A DNA stretch of 64,000 nucleotides. Origin: Octopus vulgaris. Lineage: Eukaryota. Location of the stretch: NCBI GenBank assembly GCA_951406725.2, contig OX597815.1:129084001-129148000 (forward strand), read 5' to 3'. Shown here one piece after another: positions 23,834 through 37,858 of the stretch. The notes beneath the pieces are model-generated. The model ran no database searches. It saw nothing but the letters and a program-made list of their open reading frames with translations, and was not told where the DNA came from. Positions within the stretch are counted from its first letter, which is position 1; every line of letters begins with the position of its first letter. The position numbers and the translations under genes are program-made.

Positions 23834-26800
23834 TGTGGTGTATGAGGGAGATTTGAAGTAAGACACCTACCTTCTCTTCATTGACGCAGACCTCTCCGGT
23901 GGTAATGCACCCTTCCACGTGGCCTGACCCAAATGCTAAAAATAGCAGCTGCTTTCTCTCACCTTGTCGAAGCGCTCACATGTCCAGTACTGTCGACTAC
24001 CCCGATCGAAAACGCCCAATCGTCCCCTGCCTGTACATGCGTCACTGCCATGCCCTTCCCCTTCCAGTCAACACCCCAGCTGCTGACATCATCCCACACG
24101 CCACCCTGATCTTAAAGATCACATTCCCTCTACTCCACTTCGAAGTCCACCATCTAACAGGAGGGCGTCTTGCACGTTGAGATCTTCTCAGGCTAGGCAC
24201 CTCGTTCTCCTCCTCTCCACAATCGTCATCCAACGAAGCGACAATCCTGCGAAGGTCCAAGACGTGTCGCGGCATTCTATCCACGGAGATGTTTCTGGAA
24301 TTGACCACTGTCACCGTTCCTCTGCTCCATTGAGATGTACAACACACCTTCGGTGGCTTAACCCAGACTTCCTCCCCTATTTTCACACAGGTGGGTCCCT
24401 TCTCTTCCTCATGACGCTCCAGTGCTTTACTCAGATGCCTCCATTCATATTTAAATAGTGCTCTGTGTGGCACAGATTCTTCGGCTTGTCCGGATTGGGG
24501 AGACATGTTGTACCATAAAACTGCTTCCAGTGGCAAAATGTGCCCTCTTTCCGCTATGGCCTTGACTGTCTGTTATTGCTCAGCCTATACACTGCTCTGA
24601 ACAAGCGATGCGCTTTCCACCGGTTGTCTATTAACAGTTCTTCCACGGGACCCCTCTCTAAAAGTATCCCGTTCAAAATCTGTGCAATCTCGTCAGCAAT
24701 GCCCATCCTCAACTCCCTCCAAATGGCCAGCCAGCCTGGCCCGCAGTCGACCATAGAGAGATACATTCCCTGATGGTAGTGCGTCACATCCACAGCTAGT
24801 CTCTTCAAGTTGTGCTCCACTGAAAGGTTTCCTTGCTCATGCCCACACACAGCCGGGTCAATGGACTGACATCTGTCATAGCTCCCAACCACTTCCAGAT
24901 GCTCTGCTGACGCTGGAACTCAGCTCTGGGATTTCATTTCCTCCATTGGAACACCAACTCACCCGATCTATCTCTTCACAGCTTCAGCCCCAGTGCAGCT
25001 CCCTCCGCCATCGACTCTGGTAGCTTTGCAATCAGCCCGAACTTCTCCAGATGTCTCACTACCTCGTTGGCTGGCACTACAGTTTCGTCCACCAAAATGT
25101 CATCTATGTAGGAACTGCTGGTCTTTCTTATCTTGTCCTCTTTCCCTAGGATGGACTTAAGCACCATCGCTATGATCTTCGGATCGGAATTCAGTTGGAA
25201 ACCCAGCCTGGTTAAACAGTACGTCTGGCCCTTGAACTGCACCAGCTGATATCGCCACAGTTTGTCACTCACATGGAGCTGCATGTATGCCGATTTCAAG
25301 TCGACAATCGTTGCTGCCTTGGTCGACTGTCTCCACACGTAATGTCTTGCAGCAAACGTCCGTCGCCTCGCCTCCCGTATGGCACGATATATGCTCATTT
25401 AGCTCTCTAAAGTCCAGCACCGGTCTGACTTTTCCCTTCATTGGCTGCACCACTGCCATCAGAAGTATCACTCCAACCACTACCTCCTCCTTCCATGAGA
25501 CAAGGACTCCTTCATCAATCCACTTCTGTACCTCATCTTCAAACTCGACCCTGGCACGACCGTTCAGAGTACACTGGTAGCAGCTCACTCTGTTCTTCAG
25601 CATCAGGGGCTAATCTTTCCATTGCCACTCTATCGTCCACCGCTGACTATCAAACACCACCCGAAAATCCTTGTCCTCAAAGGTGTAAGCGGTGCAGTTC
25701 GTCGCGGGGCTCTGCTTTCTCTGGCGATCCTGACTCACAACACATGATGCCCCCATCTTCTGAACATGACCTCATCTCCAACAATACTGACACCACCAAG
25801 GCGGTTGATGGCATCCATCCCCATCACCACATCAACCCCATATATTATGCGTTCAACCACAATTTCCAGCAGCCTTAGCGTCGTGCCTTGCACCACTATC
25901 TCTACATTGCTGCTGCCTTTGCATCGGATTTCGCTGCCGTCGACTGCCCGGATGTTACTTGCTCCATCCCATTTCTTCATCACCCTTGAAGTCACGAGGG
26001 TGGTCGTGCAACCTGTATCCATGAGGGCCTTGAACATCTTCCCCTTGGCTTTGACATCAATTAAGGGCAGTGTCTCCAAAAACACCTCCACTCGTTTGCG
26101 GGGAAAGTTCGAGAGGCAGCAACTTCTCCACGGGTGTTTCCCTGGTCGCAATCACAAGCGATGTGCACTGCCTGCCTGCATTGATAGTAGACGGGCCCCA
26201 GTTGCATACACTCCCTCACCATGTGAAACCCGACATTTAAACACCCGCCTGAGAACCGCCACTGTCATTGCACGGTAGGCTTCTTCGTGTCTTTCTCCAG
26301 CCATCGTCCATCTCTATGTGCCTCCGTTACCGCCATCGCTATCACCTTCTGTCCAGCATTTTGCATCAACACATGGGCTTGAGTCACAAGTGCACTCAGC
26401 GCCATCTTTTTGGAAACCCACTTATGAATGCCAGTTACACTGCTCTGTCCGGGACTTCTCCCGTAAACCCAGCCAGCATGGCCAGCCTATGTACCTCCAC
26501 CACGTATTCATCCACCTGCTCTCCCATCCATCTAATCATGCCCAGCTTAACAAAGGTTGTATAGTCACTCTGTGTAAGCCTCTCTCAGATGTCACTCAAT
26601 CTTCTCCTTGCTCAGTCGTTCTTCTTCATCCATCTCAAGATATAGATTCAACACGCTCCCTTCCAAATATAGTGCCATAAGGCTTGCCACATTGCTAATG
26701 CCTTGCAATCTCACCACAAGCCTGATTTTACACATCCAGGCAACTACATCGCCCTCACCATTAAAGGGCCTGATAACGTCGCTGGCGATCCTGATTTTAG

Positions 26801-27101
26801 CTGCCATTGTGGTGACATCTTATGTGGAGTGCCAAAACAGCTTCTGGTGTATGTGGGAGATTTGAAGTAAGACACCTACCTAATCAACGCAGACCTTTCC
26901 AGTGGTAATGCACTCTTCCATGTGGCCCGACCCCAATGCTAAAAATAGCAGCTGCTTTCCCTCACCTTGTCAAAATGCTCACACGTCCAGCACTGTTGGC
27001 TACCCCGATCGAAAAGGCCCAATGGTACCCTGCCTGCGTGCGCGTCACTGCCGCGCTCTTCCCCTTCCAGTCAGCTCCCCAGCTGCTGATGTCATCCCAC
27101 A
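23834..27101 (-). mobile_element. Older, internally deleted Gypsy-like LTR retrotransposon (3.27 kb) with 5-bp TSD TAGAC
   Basis: LTRs at 23834-24098 and about 26845-27101, visibly diverged. TAGAC at 23829-23833 and 27102-27106. PBS-like TGGCACTCCAC (minus) at about 26824-26834. Gag IRPFNGEGDVVAW, PR ALMDTGCTTTL, RT RPVLDFRELN / VDLKSAYMQL / SYIDDILV, IN CQSIDP / LAVDVTHY / ERGPVEELLIDN. Many stops and frameshifts, and no RNase H is seen between about 24900 and 24980. Confidence 0.92.
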
Positions 27102-28508
27102 TAGACATCACTGGTTTCCAATGGGTCTCTTGTAACCCTCTTATTCGTGGAAAAAAAAGAAACAAATCTAGAAATGGAGAAACTCTTGGCACAATGTGTT
27201 AAGAAGCTAGATTTCTATTCTGTATCCTCTCCTAATCGATTAGTAATTAACAGAGTTGAGAAATGTGTTCCTTTAGGGAACAAAGAGTCATTGAAAATCT
27301 AGGATAAAAAAGCACTCGTTGATCTGGAGATCATAATCTTGTATATCAATGCAAGTATTTCTATTACAGTTAAATATGTTGAAGTCAGCCAGGGTAGTAA
27401 CACTACTGTTGAGACTGTGTTTAATAAAATCCCCATTGGAATTCAATGAAGAGATTTGGAGGTAGAATGACAAAGAGCAGAGTGTTTGGTTTTGACAATC
27501 AAAATCCAGTGTACCAATATAAGTGTATTCAATACAGCTAAATGCGTTGAAGGCAGCTGAGGTAGACTGTGGTGCTACCTGAATCTGCATTCAACACAAG
27601 GGATTGGATGGTAGGGTGACTCAAAGAGTAGAGTTTCTGTGTAATTGTTTTCCAATCTGAAATAAATAAAGATCATTCAAAGAAGCCAACTTTCTGCATG
27701 AAAACAACAGGTTAGCTTAATGTCAATATATTTAATACTGGGAATATTTAAAAGTTAATTATCAATAATTACGCAATGAAAAAAAAAACAACTGCCATTG
27801 AGTAATATTATTTGGATGTTTTTCATAATGTATGGAAATCAACTCTAGTTTTGTTTCTGTCTTACTAGAACCTCATCAGCAACATATAACTTTCATAAAG
27901 GTAGGACATAGTACATTGGTTGCAGGTCATACGACTCAAATATGTCAGAAGTTATCTCCCAAACTGGATGAAAAAATAAATAAATAAAACGAAAACAAAA
28001 TGCTAATGTCATTGACTAATAGTTTATTTATTTATTTTACTTCTTTGTAATTAACCATTTGATCTCTGCATGAAATATGTCAACATCAACTTAACTGGAT
28101 GTATTTTTAATTCTGTTGTATTAAATCGGAACTCAAATCACCATGCCCTGGGATTTGTTCAAGCGAATATACTGTTGTTTTGAATTTATATCAAGACATA
28201 AACACTAGAGACGGAGGGAGGCGAAAGAGGATGTATTTGTAAACGTGGGAACTAAAATACACGATAAACATCATATGCGTGTGTATGCGTGTTAAATGCT
28301 TCAAAGGTGTTAGCCGATCTAAGGGAGCGAATGAAAGAAGTTATTCCCCCTTCGTAAAAGAAAACGTATTTTGAGCAACTTCCAAGTATTTTTTCAGGGG
28401 TGGACAAGTGGGCAGTGCTGACCAACGGAGCAGCAAAATGTTTCACTTGAACAAAGAACACTGTAAATTAACGATATCTATCTTGCAGTAAGAGATATCT
28501 AGTACCAC

Positions 28509-28897
28509 CGTGGAGGCGCAATGGCCCAGTGGTTAGGGCAGCGGACTCGCGGTCATAGGATCGTGGTTTCGATTCCCAGACCGGGCGTTGTGAGTGTTTA
28601 TTGAGCGAAAACACCTAAAGTTCCACGAGGCTCCGGCAGGGGATGGTGGTGATCCCTGCTGTACCCTTTCACCACAACTTTCTCTCACTCTTACTTCCTG
28701 TTTCTGTTGTACCTGTATTTCAAAGGGTCGGCCTTGTCACTCTCTGTGTCACGCTGAATATCCCCGAGAACTACGTTAAGGGTACACGTATCTGTGGAGT
28801 GCTCAGCCACTTACACGTTAATTTCACGAGCGGGCTGTTCCGTTGATTCGGATCAACCGGAACCCTCATCGTCGTAACCGACGGAGTGCTTCCCTCC
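28509..28897 (+). mobile_element. Young tRNA-derived SINE (family B) with 12-bp TSD
   Basis: ATCTAGTACCAC at 28497-28508 and 28898-28909. A box TGGCCCAGTGG and B box GTTTCGATTCC. CpGs are retained. Confidence 0.9.
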
Positions 28898-31002
28898 ATC
28901 TAGTACCACAATATATTTCAAACAGATATTTAATGTCATGCAGCAGTGAAAAAATTGATATAAACAATTTCTTAAGAGAAAAATTGTAATGTAGTTAGTA
29001 TGATCCTGAAGAAAAATAAATACAAAATAAAATGTTTTCTTCAATATAAAAAGTTATTTGGTTATGGGTTGAGAGATCAATCCTCAGTCAACTCTGAAAG
29101 TAAAACTTAAATGTTGAAAACTGTTTGAAAAATTATCTGAAATAAGAAAAATAAACCAATTTCTTTTACACTGATTTTTTAAAAAAAGTTTATTTATAAA
29201 CATTGAAAAAATATATGATCATGATACAGATTAAATTTTCACTGATCCATTTAACAAGTCAATCGTTTTTACATATCAATAATGTAACGTGGGTGCATGA
29301 GAAGGAGGGGGGAAAACAAAGTAAAACATGAGAAACAACAGTAACAAAATAACAGGGATAAATAACATGGGTATATAACATGGAATGTAACAGTAAGAAA
29401 ATATATAATATCTTTGATTTCTACAGTTGGAAAATATTAAAAAGAATTTTTAATTATTGGAAAGAAAATATAAATGTAAACAAGTCAACAGGAAGCAAAC
29501 CATGAGAGACTTACTGTAATTTTTACACACACACACTTGTGTGTGTGTGTATTATTTAATCATTGTGTTCAAAATAAGGTATGAATTCTTGACTCACATC
29601 AGTAGGATGGGAGAACAATATCAGTGAAATTTCTGGAGTATACGATGGAAGAAAAAAGGTTCTACAAATTAAGTGAACCTAGGAGTGATAGCTTTCATTA
29701 CATGCATGCATATTATATCCTTATACAATTTCTTTTATGCTAGCATGAGCTGGACATAATACATATGCATGTGTGTGAGAGTCTAGTGAAAACTAGATAT
29801 GTAAACATACCAAAGACATCAGAATGTGGTATAAGATCCCAGACATAACAGTAGGAATAGAGGAGAGAAAAGATTTTTAATTATAGTGAATAAATTGCTC
29901 TTATTGTACCTCTTCAACACTGACACAAAGAAGCAGATCAGGGTTAATGTTCACCTGCCATCATAAGCAGAAATATTTGCTAATAAACAAAACAGATTTC
30001 TGCAGTCACAGGCAAATCTTTCACCATATGTAGACCTGTCACTAATGACTTGATCTGTCTGTCGCCTATCCACTATTTCTTTTATGTCTGGTGAGGATCT
30101 ATGCTGATCAAGCTATTTGCGTAAAAGCAGGAAATAGATTTAACTCTGTAGTTGCCAACAGATATATACATACATGAGTGTGTTTGTGTAAATATATTTA
30201 TATGTATGTATTTGTGTGTATATACACACAAAACATAAAAGACTTTCATTTTCTGGAGCATCAAACTAATACACTTGCTTGTTGTTCATACACCTGTCTT
30301 CGTCTTTTGCTTTTCTATAAATTTCAACTGTATATATGTGTGTGTGTATAAGTGACCGAGGACACAAACAATGATAGAAAACCTTTCCTCTCAAAAAAAA
30401 AATTATCTGTTCAATAGATAATCACTGATATCAAAGTTTAAAAAGATATACATCCTTGAATAGGAGAATGTACTTGGGCTGTAGAGTTTGTAGTTATATG
30501 AGGTCAGAGATTTCTGGTTTCAAGAAAAAATTGTCCTTGTATGGAATGTTGGTCTTAATGTATATAGTGAATTGTAAGTTCTAAATCTGGAAGTGAGAGA
30601 GTGATCCAATTTATCTTGGAGATTATTTATGTTTTGTGGTAGTTAACATCCTCAAATTCACAGCTTCCCATTGTTAGAGTTACATCTAACTGTTATAGTA
30701 GATGGGTGACAGAAGAGAGAAGAGTATATTGATTGAATATAAGGAAAATATAGAAAAAGCAATTTAGAAGAACTACTTAATTACTGCATTCTAAGTTGCA
30801 AAGAAGTGAAATATCTATTATAACTGGTTAGTAGTCCTCCTATATAAGTGCAACTGTATGGTTTTTTGGATTCAGTTCAAATGTGCAACACCTTGGGTCA
30901 GTGTCTTCTACTCCAGTCCTGGGTCAACCAAAGTCTTACCAATGAATTTGGTAGACAGAAACTGAAAGAAGCCCATCATACATATGTATGTATGTATGTC
31001 AG

Positions 31003-31440
31003 TCATTGTTCAGTTTTATTTCAAGATTTCTTGCCAATAAAGAAAGACCCGGTTTCTAACCTAGATCCAAGGCTCCTTTATTGGAATTTCAACATCAACA
31101 ACAGGGTACTTTTTGTTTGTATGTATTTATGTATGTATTAGTGCAGATTTGTATGTTTTGCTTTATGTATGTGTTCTCATGCATATAGTTGCATATCTAG
31201 GCATGCTCAGATATATTTAAATGATAACCTTCTGGAAAGTTTTACAGATTTTTACAGTTTCAATGATGGATTGGATCTGTAGTCTTCAAATTAGCTTTCT
31301 CCTTTCTGGTTTTGAGAAGCCTAATTTCTCAAGATTGGTATTTAGGCAGAGTGTTATGCATCCCAGGGCCCCGATAATTACAGGTATAGACCTGAACTTG
31401 TAATCTGGATAGAGTAACTGCAGATTTCTTGATAGTTCTG
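31003..31440 (-). mobile_element. 3' end of a restriction-like-endonuclease (REL) non-LTR retrotransposon, in a (TATG)n microsatellite
   Basis: Minus-strand translation ELSRNLQLLYPDYKFRSIPVIIGALGCIT..NLEKLGF..LQIQSIIETVKICKTF. It is flanked on both sides by (TATG)n. Confidence 0.7.
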
Positions 31441-32649
31441 TATGTATGTATGTATTTGTGTGTATCTGTGTTTACATGTGTGCTTTTCTAAATATCATGA
31501 GCAACAAGCAGTGATGTCAATTCTCCTGTCAACAAATCTGTTGGTTTTGTATCTCGAAAAATGTGTGAAATAAGAGACTCTTGACATGAAAAATAGATAA
31601 CCATGACAGGAAGAGTAACTGACTGTAAATCAGTCCCTCAATATTACAGTTGTCTAATCCGTGCTAGCATTGAAAAATGGAAGTAAAAAACGAATGAATG
31701 AACTATTATAACTATATATTATAACTGAATAAATTTAACATACGTTACAGTTTAATACTTGATATTATACATATTGATAATTGATTTATTTTATGTAACT
31801 GAAATGAGGAATAAATAGTTAAAAAGTTTATTTGGAATCTATACAAATATTAAATATTAAAATATTAAAAAAAGTCTATATCAAAATAATTAGTTGTAAT
31901 GGTTTAAGCAATTACAAAGTTGGATATCATGTTGTCCAAAAAAAAAAAAAAAATGTATTAGTAAAACAGTGAATTATGTTTCTGTTTTGCTGTCAAAAGT
32001 AAAAATATATGAAGTAAAATACCAGCTACAATTAAAAAAGCAGTTTGTAATGTCTAATCTAAAAGCAATGCAATTTATCCTGTTTTAATGAAACTAAACC
32101 AGGGAGAAACATACAAAAAGCTGGTTAAATTTCTATACAATTCCTTTACTTCAGTGACACTCAACCATTTTTTCCTATGGACCTCTTTGATTCATATTTT
32201 ATTCTACTGGACCCCCCTAGCCATTCAATGTTCAAAAAAACCCATTGTATAATTAATTATAAGGAATTGTATCTTATTAAAAATGGTTAAAATATTTTGT
32301 GTGTGAATTGTACTTAACAGCAATATCTTATATGGATCTTTCAGGGTAATATGGACTCTGGTTGGCAAACTTGCTCTACTCAAACAGATACGAAAAAATT
32401 CAATCACAAAATATAATAGATTAAGTAAAAGAATATAAAATTAAATCTTATTGTGATTTAAGCACTATAAATGTTCATGCTGATTTCTATAAAATGTTTT
32501 TTTCTTTTCTTTCTTTCGTCAAAAAAAGCTCCTGAGAATACTTGAATAGCAGAACACCAGGTAGTGTATTTCAGCTCAGGATGAATGAAAAATTACTTGC
32601 AGGTTATAATTAAAAGCAAATTATTTACAACAAAATCATTTCTACATAC

Positions 32650-33605
<956 letters not shown>

Positions 33606-33721
33606 GTCTGTGTGTATACATCCCTACAGCTGACTTGTATTCCAATCAGGAGAATGTTGTGACCTTGGTCACTCATACAGCATGGAAACCAGACAACTGG
33701 CCTTATGAGTCATAGGTTCAA

Positions 33722-33759
<38 letters not shown>

Positions 33760-35162
33760 CGGTGGTGCCCCACCATGGCCGCACCCTTCGAGCTAAAACA
33801 TTTTTAAGGATTTATATATATATATATATAGACACACACGGATGCATGTATATAGTGATAGTTAATTTGAAAATTTCTCAATAAATCCTTTGAATATGTA
33901 CAGAGCATAAAGTTTACTTTTGAAGTAATATTCATAAGATGGACAATCCAATCATACAAATCATGTATGTCAAAACGTAAGATAATTGTGTGACAATTAC
34001 AAGGTAAATCTTGTTCAAGCTTGTAGTCTTCACCAAAGTGTAGACCCACTACATTCATAAGTTGTCAGCTTAAATTTTATTTCATTATTTGTTTAGGTTT
34101 GACATTCATGTAAAAAGAAAAAATAATAATGATAATTGACAACGATAATAAATCTACTATAAAAAAATAAAATTTTTATTCCATTAACTAAAATATATTT
34201 TTTTAAAAATTTCTTTCATGAAATTTATAAATGAAGTACTTTTCCGTTTTTTTTTTTGTTTTTTGTTATGAAGTTTCGAAGTTACTGATAGAATATAATA
34301 GTTTTAAATGATAGGAGGAGATGCACATAAACAGTATATGCTTGTGTGTATGCAAGATGTATGTGTGTCTCTATTTAGAGAGAAAGGGTAATATAAAACA
34401 GAAAGGGTAAAAAATGTATTATTGTTATCACAAAATTCTTTGTGTTCTGTTTTCCCTCTCTTTCTCAAATGTAGAGGAAAGTGGAATGTAAAACACAGCT
34501 ACCTCCATACACATGCACATTCACATATGCACATATATACGAAGAAAGAGAGCAAACATCTTTAGTGATGATGACATGACTTACATTTCAGCCATTTCAG
34601 ATTTAGATCAGTAGTATTAAATCCAATAAAATATATTGCAATTTAGTGGAAACTTACTATGATTTTATGTTTGGACAAATTACTTTTGCTCTCAACAAAA
34701 CATCCTTCAAAAAGGATACAATTTCTTACATTCATAAGTGCATCATTTTCATACAAATAAATCACCATGTATAACAGCACTGGTACTACAAATACTAAAA
34801 TAAAATAAGTATTCAATAAACTTCAACAGTTGATCTCTACATATCTTTAGTAGCTAAATCTATGAATATAGTGCCCATTCTACATATAAAGAAAATATTT
34901 ACACAAGAGATTGTGGAGAAATATATAGAAAAAAAAATGAGATCGAAAGAGGAAGACAATTGAAAGAAAAAACGAGGGAGATGAATGCATACATTTCAAG
35001 GTTTTTGTTTTTCTTTTCTTTCTTGTTTCATACACAGTTCAAGTAGAAAAATATAGTTTATCTTTTCATACACAATTTTAAAAAAAGCAGATCTTCCCTG
35101 CCTGCATTTGCACCAAATCATATGCCAGGTCAAGTAGAAACTACACGATTGCCTTCACCAGG

Positions 35163-35194
35163 TCAGGTAGAATCAACGTGAATGCCTTCATCAT
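35163..35194 (-). CDS. Ptp10D: Receptor PTP terminal coding exon, (D)DEGIHVDST*
   Basis: Acceptor TTTTATTTCTTTCAG. Phase 1 matches the donor at 57025. DDEGI resembles the recalled PTP10D tail motif DDEGIAESGM. Unique AT-rich, 3'UTR-like sequence follows. The implied intron is about 21.8 kb. Confidence 0.75.
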
Positions 35195-36707
35195 CTGAAA
35201 GAAATAAAATAAATATGAACTAAAAATATTAAACATAAACTACTGACATGGTTCTGTATCTTATGTAGTGTGCGTGCGTGCGCACACATACATATTCATA
35301 TATATACATATAAAGTCAAACATACACACACATTAAACACACATACATACATTCACATATATACACAGCCACACATAAACATGCATACATATCCACTCAC
35401 ACATATGTATAGGAGATAAAAGGGGTTGGTATTAGGAACTGCATCTGACCTTCAAAAAGTTTCATGCAACACAAGCAAGATGGAAAAGATGGCACAAAAG
35501 CATTGATGATGATGATGATAATATATGTTATAAATATACATACATACACTAGTATAGCTGGAGGGGGCAGTCCACCCCAGGCAGCACACACCCTAGCTAC
35601 ACTAGTGCATACATATATGATTCAGACAACTGGAATCAGAGTATAGCTGAGACCTGAATTTCACAGGTCATAAAATTTTGGTCTCAATCATTCAATGTGA
35701 AGTTTCCAGCTAAGTAAATAAATTATACAGTCTACCTCTAGTATTGAGTTGTGACCACTATCACACACATCATTCATTGAAATTGTCATTTTACATCTTC
35801 TTTCTATGCTGGCATGAGTTAGATGGTTTGGATGAGCTTTTATTGTCGAAGTCAATACTAATTCAAAATTACTGCTATCCTACATAGACTAGAGGACCTT
35901 GTCTCACTTGTATGTTCCATTTCTCATATGATTTCTTTAGTTGGATGTCTTTCCTAACACCAGCCACTTTACAGAGTACATTAGCTGCATTTAATCATGA
36001 TATCAAAACTAGAGATGCTATAATATCCTCACCCAGATTAAAGCATCCTCTATATTGTATGGTTTCTGCTCTTTATGCCGACCACTTTACAGAGTTAATA
36101 ATAAATCACTTATTTTAATTACCACAAGTCATCAAATCATCAGATGAAAGAAACATTACAAGAACAGTTTACAATTTATTTCCAAATTTAAAAAAAGAAA
36201 TTTAATGTTTAAAGTAGAAACTGGTTTTATTTACATAAAGACTGAATCAATTTATAAGGAAACAAAGGAAAAAGGGGTGGATTAAGCAGCAGAAGCTGGA
36301 GGGAAGACATACACCCCAGAACAAATGGCATACTCAACCATGCCCTACAGTTATGACCACAATGGTATTGCCACAGGGAATGGCCAGCGACACTTGCTGC
36401 AGCAGCCATCCCACTGCTTGTGGAAGCAAGACCTGGAATCTAAGGACCTTAGAGTTAATTTACTAAAATCCAAAGTCCTAGTAAGTAGGAAAACAATCAA
36501 ATCACAAATCCCTTCAGGTAGATGGCCATACTCATTATGTAAGAAGGGTATTTGTAGAAACTCCATACATTGTACCCAGTGCAAATCTTTAACACATCAT
36601 CATAATTTAACATCCGTTTTCCATGCTGGCATAGGTGAGAGAGAGAGAATGATGCAAATAAAGAAATAAACATGCTTGGGCATGATGAATAAATATGCAT
36701 ATATAAA

Positions 36708-37030
36708 TATATATAAGTTAGGAAAAAAACCACCTTTTATCAATTCAATAATGAAAAATTAAATTATACCATTTAGAAAAATTACATCTTATAGAAAGAT
36801 TAAATAAAACATATAACAATAATTAAATAAAGTATATATTTGGTAGAATAACGTGTCGTTATTCTACCAAATATATACGTTTTATTTATTATTTTGCACT
36901 TTACTTAATTATAGTTATACGTTTTATCTTATATTTAATCTTTCTATAAGATGTAATTTTTCTAAATGGTATAATTTAATGTTTCATTATTCAATTGATA
37001 AAAGGTGTTTTTTTTTTCTAATTTATATAT
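36708..37030. repeat. AT-rich foldback (long inverted repeat)
   Basis: Centre TATTTGGTAGAATAACG-TGT-CGTTATTCTACCAAATA at about 36837-36873. The arms extend to CACCTTTTATCAATT and AATTGATAAAAGGTG. Confidence 0.85.
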
Positions 37031-37044
37031 ATATATATTATTAC

Positions 37045-37246
37045 GGAGATGCACTTGCATAGCAAGTGACCTGATCTGAGATCATGTGCTGGAATGAAAA
37101 CAATTGCAGCATGGAAGGTGTTTATAAGCTATTTAAGAAAAACACAAAAACTGTTAGATTCACTTCATCATTTAAATTTAATTTGTCAAAATATTTTCAT
37201 CGCTTTGAGACCTCGACCCGTTCACTGACAAAACTTCATGTTGCAT
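37045..37246 (-). mobile_element. Second (single-arm) copy of the 5.1-kb hammerhead-like element
   Basis: Colinear with 5055-5254. The minus strand reads TTTGTCA-GTGAACG-G-GTCG..CGAT-GAAA-ATAT-TT-TGACAAA. Confidence 0.75.
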
Positions 37247-37266
37247 GACATATATATATATATATA

Positions 37267-37440
37267 TCTCTATTATATAAAATCCGTTCTGTGTGTGTCT
37301 TCTAGGATCTCGGGCATCCTCCATCCGATTGCGCTCAAATTTGATATGTAGATACCGACAGTATCAAGACGTGTATAAGTCTTAAAAAAATTACAAAAAT
37401 CGATTCCAGGTGAGAATGTGATCGATAAAGCTGTTTTTGT
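37267..37440 (+). mobile_element. Helitron-like 5' end
   Basis: A|TCTCTATTATATAAAA...CCGATTGCGCTCAAATTT resembles the 5' end at 39711. No 3' hairpin or CTAG was located. Confidence 0.45.
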
Positions 37441-37812
37441 CCTGCTTTTCTTCCATCAACCTGTACATAATTGCACCTTCCATTTTTTGCTGTTTTTGTT
37501 CAACTTAAAGGCATGTTTCTTTCCTGCCAAGCTTACTATTTAAACTATGTTTGTGTTCTCCCAGTCAACAGCCTTATCATTACAGGTACTTAAAACTCTT
37601 CGGTTGCATATTTGGGTGAATAAAATCGTTTTTCTTTGGAATAGAAAAAAAAGTCTATCTTTATTTCTTCTTTTGCTGGTGTCTCAAATTTAGGTTAAAT
37701 CAGTGTTTCTCAAAGGGGAGGCCTATGGGACGGTCGGACAAGTTGTTTTGAGAAAATTTGGTTTAAATGTTTGACAACTCAGCACCGTCCATTGGAGTGT
37801 TTTGCTTGTATG

Positions 37813-37858
<46 letters not shown>

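Noticed and set aside
27288-27590. 100-aa ORF MQIQVAPQ...
   Set aside because: No recognisable domain, and an in-frame stop lies between it and the nearby acceptor. The phase-1 reading is reported instead as a tentative finding.
28510-28590. tRNA gene
   Set aside because: A and B boxes are present but there is no complete cloverleaf. It continues into a SINE body bounded by a TSD.
33804-34058. 84-aa ORF MNVVGLHFGEDYKLEQDL...
   Set aside because: No convincing splice acceptor or motif. It lies in or near the presumed PTP 3' UTR.
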